A DNA stretch of 64,000 bases from Candidatus Saccharibacteria bacterium UBA5150 (GTDB lineage: Bacteria > Patescibacteriota > Saccharimonadia > Saccharimonadales > UBA4665). Shown here in pieces: positions 18,198 to 27,368 of the stretch. Below the pieces are notes generated by a model. That model was given only the letters and a program-made list of their open reading frames with translations. It ran no database searches and had not been told where the DNA came from. Within the stretch, counting starts at the first letter, position 1. Each line of letters opens with the position of its first letter. The DNA lies in the NCBI GenBank assembly GCA_002413795.1, contig DHXS01000009.1, positions 7,820 to 71,819 on the forward strand, given 5' to 3'. The position numbers and the translations under genes are program-made.

Positions 18198-18827
18198 TTA
18201 TACCAGCAGAAATTGCAGGATGGAGTTTTCGAGATTAATGATCGGTCCGGAGGCAAACTGGAAAATGAGCAGAATAAAAACCAGAATGGCCAGAAAGCCG
18301 GCGCCCTCGATCTGGCGCATCAGATCCTGGAGCGGTTCGGGCGCGAAAGCGTACAACAGCCGTGAGCCGTCAAGCGGCGGGAACGGGATCATATTAAAGA
18401 TAAAGAACCCGACATTGACCGCCGTAAAGATGCCGATAATGTTATTAACATCACTACTCAGCCCTGGGCCCCACAGGCGGAAAACGGCCGCCGCCAGGCA
18501 GGCCAGCGCCAGGTTGGTTAGCGGCCCGGCCACGCCCACCAGGGCGGCGCCGAACTCGTCGAACTTCAGGCGGTCCGGATTAAATGGCACCGGCTTGGCC
18601 GCGAAAATCGGCAGCGCGCCGGCCAGCAGTAGCACCATTGGCAGCAGTACGGTAGTAAACAGGTCAATGTGCTTGAGCGGGTTAAGAGTCAGGCGGCCGG
18701 CGTGGAAGGCCGTGTCATCGCCCAGCCAGTGCGCCACGTAGCCGTGCGTGGCCTCATGGATAGCCATGGAAATAATAATCGAAACCAGCACTATTACCAG
18801 GTCACCACCGGACAAATTGCTAAGCAT
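18198..18827 (-). CDS. Site-2 protease family (M50) membrane metalloprotease
   Basis: HEATH, GRLTLNPLKHID, AGPLTN, FNMIPFPPLDG. Confidence 0.93.
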   Translation of the reverse strand: MLSNLSGGDLVIVLVSIIISMAIHEATHGYVAHWLGDDTAFHAGRLTLNPLKHIDLFTTVLLPMVLLLAGALPIFAAKPVPFNPDRLKFDEFGAALVGVAGPLTNLALACLAAAVFRLWGPGLSSDVNNIIGIFTAVNVGFFIFNMIPFPPLDGSRLLYAFAPEPLQDLMRQIEGAGFLAILVFILLIFQFASGPIINLENSILQFLLV

Positions 18828-18881
18828 AGCCCTTAGTATACCAGTTGACGTAAGAAGTTAAATTAGCTACAATTAACCCCT

Positions 18882-19085
18882 ATGCAAAAGTGTGATCTCA
18901 CCGGCAAGGGCAAGCAGTACGGCAGTAATGTCAGTTTCTCTCAGCGCCACACCAAAAAAGTCTGGAAGCCCAACCTCCAGGCTAAGACCGTCGTGGTCAA
19001 CGGCAAAAAAGTCCAGATGAAGCTCAGCACCCAGGCCATTCGCACTCTCAAGAAAAAGGGTCTGCTCGACCCTGCCGCCAAGTAG
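18882..19085 (+). CDS. rpmB: 50S ribosomal protein L28
   Basis: CDLTGK...GSNVSFSQRHTKKVWKPNLQ. Confidence 0.95.
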   Translation: MQKCDLTGKGKQYGSNVSFSQRHTKKVWKPNLQAKTVVVNGKKVQMKLSTQAIRTLKKKGLLDPAAK

Positions 19086-19086
19086 C

Positions 19087-19710
19087 CTAAGACTTTTCTA
19101 AAATAATCAGTTGTGTAACATCGGCCAGTTCGGCCGGCTTAACCTTGAGCTTGCTGACCGTTTCTTTGGGCTCCATAGCCAGTTCCTTGAGGGCGTGGGC
19201 CAGATCCTGCTGGGGTACGGGGAACTTGAAGGCCTTGTCGTCATAATGCGTCGGGATAACCAGCTTGGGTTCGACCTTTTTTATAAGCGTTAGGGCGCCG
19301 ACCGGGTCTACGGTGTAGCCGTTGCCGCCGATGGGCACTATAAGGACATCGACCAAGCCGATGGCTTCCAGCTGAGCTTCGCTTAGCTCGGGATAAATAT
19401 GGCCGGTGATCAGCACGCTTTGCTCACCAACAATAAGTTTGAACATGGTGGCGCTCAGGCCGTCAGGCTCATCAACATGCGCCCTGGCCGGTATACCGAC
19501 TACCGAAACATCGGAGATCTCATATTCGCCGGGCCCGTCAAATACCAGGCGGGCTTTGTCGGCACCGCCGTGGGCACCCGTAAACAGGGCGGCGTCGTCG
19601 GGTTTGATAACGCCTTTGGCGCCCAGATCGGCAAGGTTATCGTCGATTACTATTCGGGAACCTTTATGCGTTACGCTAACACAGTTCGCGCCGTAGAACT
19701 GCAGGTCCAT
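19087..19710 (-). CDS. Metallo-beta-lactamase-fold protein (degenerate metal site)
   Basis: GPGEYEI, DVLIVPIGG, PKLVIPTHY; lacks HxHxDH. Confidence 0.75.
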   Translation of the reverse strand: MDLQFYGANCVSVTHKGSRIVIDDNLADLGAKGVIKPDDAALFTGAHGGADKARLVFDGPGEYEISDVSVVGIPARAHVDEPDGLSATMFKLIVGEQSVLITGHIYPELSEAQLEAIGLVDVLIVPIGGNGYTVDPVGALTLIKKVEPKLVIPTHYDDKAFKFPVPQQDLAHALKELAMEPKETVSKLKVKPAELADVTQLIILEKS

Positions 19711-20358
19711 TTACTTCTCTTCCTTGGCTTCAGGCGCAGGCGTTTCGGCTTCTTCGGGTGTGTCTTTCTTGGTTTCGGTTAACAGGTTGTGCTCGTCTAC
19801 CAACACCTGCTTTTTGGCGCGGTTAATGCCGGTGATAAAGCGGTCGCGGACTTGCTGGCGGTACTTATAATCGGCCAGGCTCATGACCGTGTAGCGCAAT
19901 GACTTGCCTTCTTGGGCTTCCAGCTCATCGACGTATTTGCGGAGGGCGTTCTTATTAACCTCGCCAACAACCAGGAAATCGACGCCAGCCGTGTCATCAC
20001 GGGTAAATTGACCGGTGTAAATAGCCAGGTCAACGTGCCCGACGGCCCTTAGGCCGGTTTCCTCGCCGGCTTCGTCGGCTGCGGCCTGGCGGGCTTTTTT
20101 GATGCCCCCGCCAAAAATTTCTTGTAAGGGCTTATAGTATTCGTACTTCTGGTTGACTTCGTAATAAAGCTTGTTGTTGTTGTTGTCGGACGTGATGATG
20201 CCGATGGACAGCAAGTTGCTGAGCTCGCGGCGGACGGAATTTATCTGCTCGTCGATTTTGCGGGTGATCTCGCGGACATAAAAAGAGCGGTTTGGATTGC
20301 TGAAAAACAGCTGCAAAAGCTTGACCCGCGTTTTTGACCCAAAGAGTTGCTCAATCAT
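19711..20358 (-). CDS. Winged-helix transcriptional regulator with nucleotidyltransferase-like C-terminus
   Basis: LFGSKTRVKLL..YVREITR..INSVRREL; GQF...VDFLVVG. Confidence 0.7.
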   Translation of the reverse strand: MIEQLFGSKTRVKLLQLFFSNPNRSFYVREITRKIDEQINSVRRELSNLLSIGIITSDNNNNKLYYEVNQKYEYYKPLQEIFGGGIKKARQAAADEAGEETGLRAVGHVDLAIYTGQFTRDDTAGVDFLVVGEVNKNALRKYVDELEAQEGKSLRYTVMSLADYKYRQQVRDRFITGINRAKKQVLVDEHNLLTETKKDTPEEAETPAPEAKEEK

Positions 20359-20395
20359 GAATCAAGTGTAGCAAAGTTTGGGGCTATAGTGAACC

Positions 20396-21271
20396 TTAGT
20401 TATCCAAAAATGTTGTGACAGTCTCTACAACAGATAGCCAATTAACAGGGGTATTTATCCATTGAATACTTTTGTTTCGCCTAAACCAGGTGCGCTGGCG
20501 TTTGGCCAAATCAAGGCTGGCTTTGATGATCTTTTGACGGGCCTGGCCGGACGTTTCCGTGTCATTTAAGTGGCCTTGCCACTGCGCATAGCCGACGCCT
20601 TTAAGAGCCTCGCAGTCCCAGCCGTAACGCCCGGCCAGGCCCCGCACCTCAGCCTCCAAACCGGCCGCCAACATGGCATCCACCCGGGCGGCAATTCTCT
20701 GCTCCAGCTCCGGGCGTTCAACTTTTAAGCCCAGGATCAAAGTATTGGACCTCAGCTCCTGCCGGCTGGCCACGGCGCCATTAGTCTCGATTAGCCGGAT
20801 CAGGCGGCGCTTGTTGCGCTTATCAACGCCGCCCGGATCAATCCCCAGGCCATCAATCTTCTCCAGCAGCTCCTTAATACTCAACCGGTTCAGCTCTTCC
20901 CTGTCGCCGCGGTCGCCGGCCGGCAGAAAGCCAAAATCGTACAGCACGCCGTCTATATAAAGGCCGGTGCCGCCGACCATAATCGGCAATTTACCCCTGT
21001 CAGAGATGTCTTTAATAGCTTGATTAGCCAGTTTCTTAAAGACCGCTGCCGTGAAGTCTTCGCAGGGCCCAGCTACATCTAATAGATGGTGAGGTACCAA
21101 AGCTTGCTCCTCGGCGGTCGGCTTGGCCGTGCCGATATCAACCTCACGGCGCACCGTCCAGCTGTCGGCACAGATAATTTCACCGTTAAACTTCTGGGCC
21201 AGCTCCAACGCCAGCGCCGACTTCCCCGACGCCGTCTCCCCCACCACCACTACCAGCTTAGGCGGCACCAC
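20396..21271 (-). CDS. miaA: tRNA dimethylallyltransferase
   Basis: GETASGKS, DIGTAKP, VGGTGLYI, AKRQRTWF. Confidence 0.95.
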   Translation of the reverse strand: MVPPKLVVVVGETASGKSALALELAQKFNGEIICADSWTVRREVDIGTAKPTAEEQALVPHHLLDVAGPCEDFTAAVFKKLANQAIKDISDRGKLPIMVGGTGLYIDGVLYDFGFLPAGDRGDREELNRLSIKELLEKIDGLGIDPGGVDKRNKRRLIRLIETNGAVASRQELRSNTLILGLKVERPELEQRIAARVDAMLAAGLEAEVRGLAGRYGWDCEALKGVGYAQWQGHLNDTETSGQARQKIIKASLDLAKRQRTWFRRNKSIQWINTPVNWLSVVETVTTFLDN

Positions 21272-21612
21272 TACCTTACCTTCGTCTTTTGGACCAGGCC
21301 TTCAGGCAACCATAAGAGTTTATCAATATCGACCTTGTAATCTTCGGAAACGGCCACGCCCTCGGCCTCCAGCACCTGCTTGTGGCCTGCCCGGCCGCCG
21401 GGATAACCGCTGGCCAGACCGCCCTGCTTGTTAACCACCCTCTGCCATGGCAGAGCCGGGTCACCAAAGTGGGCAATGCCACCGACGATGCGGGCCGCCC
21501 GGGCGTTGCCGCACAGCCCTGCCAGCTGGCCGTAGGTCATCACCCGGCCGCGCGGAATCCGAGCCACCAAAGCCTCCACCCGCTGGCGAAAGTCGGCTTC
21601 AACCTCTCTCAT
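21271..21612 (-). CDS. MGMT family / alkyltransferase-like protein (Atl/YbaZ-type)
   Basis: IPRGRVMTYGQLA..ARIVG..LPWQRVV, with Trp in place of the catalytic Cys. Confidence 0.88.
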   Translation of the reverse strand: MREVEADFRQRVEALVARIPRGRVMTYGQLAGLCGNARAARIVGGIAHFGDPALPWQRVVNKQGGLASGYPGGRAGHKQVLEAEGVAVSEDYKVDIDKLLWLPEGLVQKTKVR

Positions 21613-21616
21613 AAAT

Positions 21617-23461
21617 CTATAACGACGACTTTAAGACCCGGCTCCGGGCCTCGTTGACCACCGTTTTCAGGAACTGCTCAACCGGCACGGTCAGCGGCAC
21701 GTCCATCACTGCCATGTCCTTGCGGATGCGCGGCACCACTTCCCCGCCGGCAATTTCCTTCTCGCCAATCACGACAGTGTAGGGGACTTTTAGCAGTTCG
21801 GCGGCCCGGATCTTCTTGCCAACCGATTCGCTGGACTCATCTATCGTCAGCCTGAGCCCCTGGCCCCGAGCCTCGGCCGCCACCTTCCGGGCAAAGGCTA
21901 CGGTGGCCTTTTCCTGGTTAACGGTAATTAGCCGGATCTGTTCCGGCGCCAGCCAAACCGGGAACCGCCCGGCCGTATGCTCTATATAAACCGCCAGGAA
22001 CCGCTCCACCGACCCCAGCAAAGCACAATGAATCATAACCGGACGCTGTTCCTTGCCATCTTCAGCGATATACTTGAGCCCAAAACGTTCGGGCATTACA
22101 AAATCCAGCTGGACGGTCGCCACCTGATGCTCGCGGCCGATGGCGTCGGTTGCCATAAAGTCGATTTTGGGGCCGTAGAAGGCGGCCTCGCCGGCTTCCT
22201 CAAAGAAGTCCAGCTTATTGGCCACCACGGCGTTTTTAAGCTGCTGCTGGGCGCTTTTCCAAAGCCCGGGCTCGCCAAGATAGGCATCGGTTTCGTCTCT
22301 GTAGCTAAGCCGGACCCTCAGGGCCATGCCGATGGTGCTGTACAGCTCGTGCGCGGCCGTTAAGAGATTGTTGATCTCGCCTTCAATCTGGTCCTGCCGG
22401 CAAAAGACGTGACTGTCGTCCATGCTGATTGATCGGACCCTGCTTAATCCCCCCAGCTCACCGCTCTTTTCGTCCCTATAGACGGTAGCAGTTTCAAGAT
22501 ATCTTAGCGGCAGGTCGCGATAACTGCGCGGCTGGGACTCATATATCCGCGTATGGTGCGGGCAGTTCATCGGTTTCAGCACCAGCTCGTCGCTGGTCTC
22601 CTGACTCTTAACCAGGAACAGCTCGTCGCCAAACTTATCCCAGTGACCGGAGGCTTCATAAAGCGCCTTCTTGGTCATGTGTGGCGTCCAGACTTTTTGG
22701 AAACCATTGCGCTGACGTAACTGATTGGAAAAGTCAGTCAACCGGTCACGCAGAATGGTGCCACGGGGCGTGAACATCGGCAATCCCGAGCCCACCAGAT
22801 CCGAAAAGACAAACAGGTCCAGCTCCTGCCCCAGCCGGCGATGGTCGCGCTTTTTGGCTTCTTCGAGCATTGTCAGATGGTCTTTTAGCTCCTTATCACT
22901 GGCGAAAGCCACGCCGTAAAGCCGCTGCATCTGGGGATTCTTTTCACTGCCCCGCCAATAGGCGCCGGCCACCCGCATCAGCTTAAAGGCGCCGACCTTG
23001 CCGGTAGAAGCCACGTGCGGCCCCCGGCAGAGGTCCGTAAAGTCGCCGTTTTGGTAGAAAGAAACGTTGCTAACCTGCGCTTCGCCCTCGGCAATGGTGC
23101 CCAGCTCGGCGGCGTCCAGATCTTTGGCCACGGTGGTGCCGGCCCGCTTTAGGTCGTTCAAAAGCTCTTCTTTATAAGGTTGTTTGGCCTCGCGCGCCCA
23201 GGCAATGGCCTCGTCTATCGGCTTTTCCAGCCGCTCGAAGGGCTGGTCGGCCTCTATAATCTTACGCATTTCGGCCTCGATTTTGGCAAAATCCTCTACC
23301 GAAAGATTGGCCTCTCCCAGATCAATATCATAATAAAAGCCGTTACCTACGGCCGGGCCGACCCCGAACTTGGCCTCCGGCCACAACTTCTGGACCGCCG
23401 ACGCCATAACGTGCGCCAGGCTGTGCCTCATTGCTTGTAATTGATCTGTTTCCGCCGCCAT
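21617..23461 (-). CDS. thrS: Threonine-tRNA ligase
   Basis: RHSLAH, DLCRGPHV, KRDHR, KPMNCP, GEAAFYGPKID, QLDF. Confidence 0.97.
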   Translation of the reverse strand: MAAETDQLQAMRHSLAHVMASAVQKLWPEAKFGVGPAVGNGFYYDIDLGEANLSVEDFAKIEAEMRKIIEADQPFERLEKPIDEAIAWAREAKQPYKEELLNDLKRAGTTVAKDLDAAELGTIAEGEAQVSNVSFYQNGDFTDLCRGPHVASTGKVGAFKLMRVAGAYWRGSEKNPQMQRLYGVAFASDKELKDHLTMLEEAKKRDHRRLGQELDLFVFSDLVGSGLPMFTPRGTILRDRLTDFSNQLRQRNGFQKVWTPHMTKKALYEASGHWDKFGDELFLVKSQETSDELVLKPMNCPHHTRIYESQPRSYRDLPLRYLETATVYRDEKSGELGGLSRVRSISMDDSHVFCRQDQIEGEINNLLTAAHELYSTIGMALRVRLSYRDETDAYLGEPGLWKSAQQQLKNAVVANKLDFFEEAGEAAFYGPKIDFMATDAIGREHQVATVQLDFVMPERFGLKYIAEDGKEQRPVMIHCALLGSVERFLAVYIEHTAGRFPVWLAPEQIRLITVNQEKATVAFARKVAAEARGQGLRLTIDESSESVGKKIRAAELLKVPYTVVIGEKEIAGGEVVPRIRKDMAVMDVPLTVPVEQFLKTVVNEARSRVLKSSL

Positions 23462-23497
23462 ATTCCCCGTTAGTATAGCATTTAACAGAGGCAAACT

Positions 23498-23587
23498 AAA
23501 AGGGTCAAGTGATCTCGCAATGTCACTTGACCCTTTGAAACACTCGTTTTGTCGAGGTAAAACAATCTCGGCAAAACCGCACCTGTG
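23498..23587 (-). ncRNA. Candidate ~90-nt sRNA with intrinsic terminator
   Basis: TGnTATGAT at 23602-23594, an internal hairpin, then AAGGGTCAAGTGA/TCACTTGACCCTTTT. Confidence 0.4.
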
Positions 23588-23752
23588 ACGAACATCATAG
23601 CAAGGCTGGTACTATATGGCTAGCCTATTTATGCTGTAAAACCTACATTTATGCTGGGGAAAACTATTTTCAAATTAACGTCATGGCTGGCGTTAGCGAC
23701 ACATATTCTTGCTAATGAGCCCGAATTCCTGTAGTTTATATCTGTTACATAA

Positions 23753-23829
23753 GGGCGATTAGCTCATTTGGCTAGAGCGCCGCATTGACGTTGCGGAGGT
23801 GATAGGTTCGAATCCTATATCGCCCACCA
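23753..23829 (+). tRNA. tRNA-Val(GAC)
   Basis: Cloverleaf, anticodon loop TTGACGT, CCA end. Confidence 0.95.
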
Positions 23830-24028
23830 GACTTGACCGGCCGTCTTATTTTTGTTAGGATAGTCCGGTTAAACGAGGAAGTTTTGTTATTCGTAAAAGT
23901 AGTGCCCTAGACACATTTCATTTGTTCTACGAAGAGTTAATCTCTTCCAAACCGATCAACAATCGGATTCGCCGCCTCCGCTCCGCCTCTAAATAAGAGG
24001 CAAAAGCCGGCCCCGGACCGCGATCCAC

Positions 24029-24058
24029 CCCGAGAAGCCAAGCTTTCTCGGGCTTTTT
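24029..24058 (+). terminator. Intrinsic terminator
   Basis: CCGAGAAG...TTTCTCGG followed by a T-tract. Confidence 0.6.
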
Positions 24059-24142
24059 ATTTGGGTTGGAGGATCATCTTTTCCACGTTTGGAGGCTTAT
24101 TATCCACTGGCCTTTTAAACAGCTGTATGTCAATATGTTGTC

Positions 24143-24544
24143 ATGGTTTGTACATACTGTGGGGGTGAAACCAAGGTTACCAACTCCCGTCATCAGAAGA
24201 AAAGCAACCAGGTTTGGCGGCGGCGTCAGTGCCTAGCCTGCGGAGCTACCTTTAGCACCTCGGAGGCGGTTGACTACGAACTGGCCTGGCTGGTTAGCAA
24301 AGGCGGTAAGGCTCTGAGGCCCTTTTCGCGCGATAAACTGTTCCTTAGCCTCTATGACAGCTGTGCGCACCGTAAAACGGCCCTGAGCGACGCCAGGGGC
24401 CTTACAGAGACCGTTATTAGCAAGCTGACGGGTTATTTATCCAACGGCACCCTCCAAGCAGGCGATATTGCCCGGGCGGCTCAGGTGGCCCTAAACCGTT
24501 TCGACAAAGCGGCCAGCGTCCACTACCGGGCCCGGCACCCCTAA
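24143..24544 (+). CDS. nrdR: NrdR-like transcriptional regulator (zinc ribbon plus ATP-cone)
   Basis: CTYCG..TKVTNSR...RRRQCLACG.TFST.E...PFSRDKL. Confidence 0.8.
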   Translation: MVCTYCGGETKVTNSRHQKKSNQVWRRRQCLACGATFSTSEAVDYELAWLVSKGGKALRPFSRDKLFLSLYDSCAHRKTALSDARGLTETVISKLTGYLSNGTLQAGDIARAAQVALNRFDKAASVHYRARHP

Positions 24545-24550
24545 GTAAAG

Positions 24551-26182
24551 CTACTTGCCGGGGTCGGCCTGGGTAGTAATTGTTTTGCCGCCGGTGGTGC
24601 GGACGGCCTTTTCGGTAACATCAAAGCGGCTGAGGTAGCGCTTGAACATCAGACGGCTTTGCGAGTTCAGGGCCGCCAGTGAGCCGAAGGCAATACTGGT
24701 TACCGGCAGGAAGATCCACTGGGTCAGCATAAAGATGGAACGGTGCCGCTTGTGGCGGGCCGGCCGCGGCGGCAGGGTTACCAGGCAGACATACAGCGAC
24801 ACCAGCAGGCCGGCAATGCCGATGCGCTGGACGCGGCTGACCACCAGCGGCAGTTCGTTGGCCGCCAGATTTTGCGGGTGTAACAGGGGCGGAATGAAGG
24901 CCGCGAAGTAAACCAGCAAGGTGCCGGTAGCCCAGGTAACGTGGCCTTCCAGGGTGCGGAAGAACTTAGCCAGCACGTCGGCCTTGGGAGCCTTATTCTT
25001 GTGCCAGAAGCCCTTATCGGCGATGTAGGCAATGTCCGAGGCACCGTAGGTCCAGCGCCTCAGCTGGACGAACTGGGCCTTGATGGTCCGCCAGTAGCCG
25101 TCGGCCAGCACGGCGTCCTGGTAAATCGGGATGCTAAAGGGGTAAACCCGGTAATCGCCGTCGTACTTGAAGTAGCTGCGCCAGAACTGGTGGCCGTCTT
25201 CCACCACTGTTCGGGTGCTCCAAAAGTCCATTTCTATCAGGGCCTGCATGGGCTGGGCGTGGGCCGAAAAGTTGCGCGACAGGTGCGGGCGCTGGGTGTT
25301 GACGATATAGAAAAGATTGTTGCCGGTGGCGATAACCCGCATCATGGTCGGGGCGTCCCAAATGTTGTTGGTGTACATGGCCAGCGGCTGGTAGGAAGCC
25401 CGCAGCGGCTTGGGCACCACGCAGTACAGGTAGCTCAGGGCGGCGAAATAACTTCGGTCGGGGCGGTTGTCGGAGTCCAGGCTGGTGACCAGCACGGTGG
25501 TCGGGTCAATCTTGGCTTTTTTGAGATATTTATGCAGAGCCCGCCCGGCGCAGGTTATATTGGAGCCCTTGCCTACAATCTCGCCCGGCACGTCGGCGGG
25601 GTGCTTAACGGCCATGGCGTGGCCGAACTCCCCCTTATATAATTCCAGCAGTTCCAGCACCCGCTCTTCGGTACCCTTGCCGGCCCGACCTTCGTAGGCC
25701 AGCACCAGGATCATCCTTTTGGGATCATAGTCGGCGCCCAGAATGGCCTGGATAGTCGGCTCCAGCACTTCGCGGCTCTCGTTAACGGTAGCCACAATAA
25801 CGGCATGGGTCAGCTTGCCAGGCGTGAATTGGTGCTCGCGCAAGTGCAGCCGCGACAGGTTTTTATAGTGCCACTTGGGCCGTTCGATCTTTTTACCGAC
25901 CGGTTTGCCAGCCTCCAGGTCGGCGCCCAGACTGTTCCAGTCCAGCTTCATGTGGTGCTTCATGGTGCGGTAGCCGGCAATGGCCCGGCTGGAGTAAGCC
26001 AGCGACCGGACAAAGAAAATTAACAGATAGAAAAGCACGAAAAAAACCGCCGCCTTGACGCTGATAAAAGTTAGGATCAGCGGTAAAAGTATCAGGCCAT
26101 AGCTGAGCGCGCCGGGCAGAATTTCAAAAAAACGATAGTGACCCTTGCGGTCTTTTTCGAAAGGAATCTCCAGATCCGTCAT
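24551..26182 (-). CDS. Membrane glycosyltransferase, family 2
   Basis: GKGSN, LDSD, VEDG and QLRRW motifs; flanking transmembrane helices. Confidence 0.85.
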   Translation of the reverse strand: MTDLEIPFEKDRKGHYRFFEILPGALSYGLILLPLILTFISVKAAVFFVLFYLLIFFVRSLAYSSRAIAGYRTMKHHMKLDWNSLGADLEAGKPVGKKIERPKWHYKNLSRLHLREHQFTPGKLTHAVIVATVNESREVLEPTIQAILGADYDPKRMILVLAYEGRAGKGTEERVLELLELYKGEFGHAMAVKHPADVPGEIVGKGSNITCAGRALHKYLKKAKIDPTTVLVTSLDSDNRPDRSYFAALSYLYCVVPKPLRASYQPLAMYTNNIWDAPTMMRVIATGNNLFYIVNTQRPHLSRNFSAHAQPMQALIEMDFWSTRTVVEDGHQFWRSYFKYDGDYRVYPFSIPIYQDAVLADGYWRTIKAQFVQLRRWTYGASDIAYIADKGFWHKNKAPKADVLAKFFRTLEGHVTWATGTLLVYFAAFIPPLLHPQNLAANELPLVVSRVQRIGIAGLLVSLYVCLVTLPPRPARHKRHRSIFMLTQWIFLPVTSIAFGSLAALNSQSRLMFKRYLSRFDVTEKAVRTTGGKTITTQADPGK

Positions 26183-26185
26183 GGC

Positions 26186-26551
26186 CTAGCGCAATACGAG
26201 CAACGAGTTAGCAACAATGATGCTCAGCACCAGCAACAAAGTACCGAGGCTCAGTATGGCAATCGTAACCTGCCGGTGAATACGATAGGTGCGGAAGCTG
26301 AGCATGACGTGAGTGGCCAGAACCAGCAGCATAAAGGCCACGAAGCTCAACAGGTTGACCACGCCGCCGTTGGTAAACTTGTTGACGGCATCGGTGTTGG
26401 AACAGTCACGGCATTGCACGATATAAGTACTGCTATGGCCGCTGCTCAAGCTGGCCAGCACGAAAATGCTGCCGGCAATGGCCAGGAAGGCGTTAATGCT
26501 GAGCAGTAAAAGCACCAGGTGATCGTGAAAATACTTCTTTGAGGCGGCCAT
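26186..26551 (-). CDS. Three-TM hypothetical membrane protein
   Basis: Hydrophobic segments; lies directly upstream of the GT2 gene. Confidence 0.65.
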   Translation of the reverse strand: MAASKKYFHDHLVLLLLSINAFLAIAGSIFVLASLSSGHSSTYIVQCRDCSNTDAVNKFTNGGVVNLLSFVAFMLLVLATHVMLSFRTYRIHRQVTIAILSLGTLLLVLSIIVANSLLVLR

Positions 26552-26575
26552 AAGTTAGGGTAATTGTACCATTCC

Positions 26576-26650
26576 TGGTGCGGGTAGAGAGAATCGAACT
26601 CTCCTCTTAACCTTGGGAAGGTTACATATTAGCCACTATACGATACCCGC
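26576..26650 (-). tRNA. tRNA-Gly(CCC)
   Basis: GCGGGTATCGTATAGTGG...TTCCCAA...GTTCGATTC...CCCGCACCA. Confidence 0.93.
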
Positions 26651-26651
26651 C

Positions 26652-26728
26652 TGGAGCCACCTAACGGATTCGAACCGTTGACCTCCGCTTTACGAAAGCG
26701 GCGCTCTAGCCAACTGAGCTAAGGTGGC
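26652..26728 (-). tRNA. tRNA-Thr(CGT)
   Basis: GCCACCTTAGCTCAG...TTCGTAA...GGTTCGAATCC...GGTGGCTCCA. Confidence 0.95.
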
Positions 26729-26760
26729 CCATGGCAAACCACCGAAGTATTATAGCAGTC

Positions 26761-27303
26761 CTAGTTGGCCATCATGGAGATCAGGGTCTGGCTGAAAGCC
26801 GGTACGTCGTCGGGCTTGCGGCTGGTAATAATGTTGCCGTCGACTACCACTTCTTCGTCGACCCACTCGGCACCGGCATCGCGCAGGTCATCCTGAATCG
26901 TAAAGAAACTCGTCAGTCGGCGGCTTTTGGCCAGACCGGCGCTGACCAGCACCCACGGCGCGTGGCAGATCATGGCCAGCGGTTTCTTCTGGGAAGTCAT
27001 ACTTCGTACCCATTGCCGGGCTTTATATTCCATGCGTAACTGGTCGACGTTGATGGCGCCGCCGGGCAGGACCAGCGCGTCATAATCGTCTATATCGGCT
27101 TCTTCCAGCGTTTTATCTATCGGGAACCGCCGGCTTTTATCTATATGGTTCATGGACTGGACCTGCCCGTCCTTCGGCCCGGAAGCAATCACTTCGACAG
27201 TGGCGCCGACTTCTCTCAGAGCATCGATCGGCCCCGTAAATTCGGCCTCCTCAAAATAATTATCTACCAGCACGGCCACTTTCTTGCCCGTTAAATCAGC
27301 CAA
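26761..27303 (-). CDS. PfpI/DJ-1 family (type 1 glutamine amidotransferase-like) protein
   Basis: FEEAE, YDALVLPGG, ICHAP, VVVDGNIITSRKPDD. Confidence 0.92.
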   Translation of the reverse strand: MADLTGKKVAVLVDNYFEEAEFTGPIDALREVGATVEVIASGPKDGQVQSMNHIDKSRRFPIDKTLEEADIDDYDALVLPGGAINVDQLRMEYKARQWVRSMTSQKKPLAMICHAPWVLVSAGLAKSRRLTSFFTIQDDLRDAGAEWVDEEVVVDGNIITSRKPDDVPAFSQTLISMMAN

Positions 27304-27368
27304 TTTTCATCCCTTCGCTTATTTAACCTCAGCATGACGCACCGGCTTCCCCGCCGTCAGTAAGATAT

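Noticed and set aside
23462..23700. T-box leader for thrS
   Set aside because: No T-box consensus seen, and thrS has a -10 just upstream of its start.
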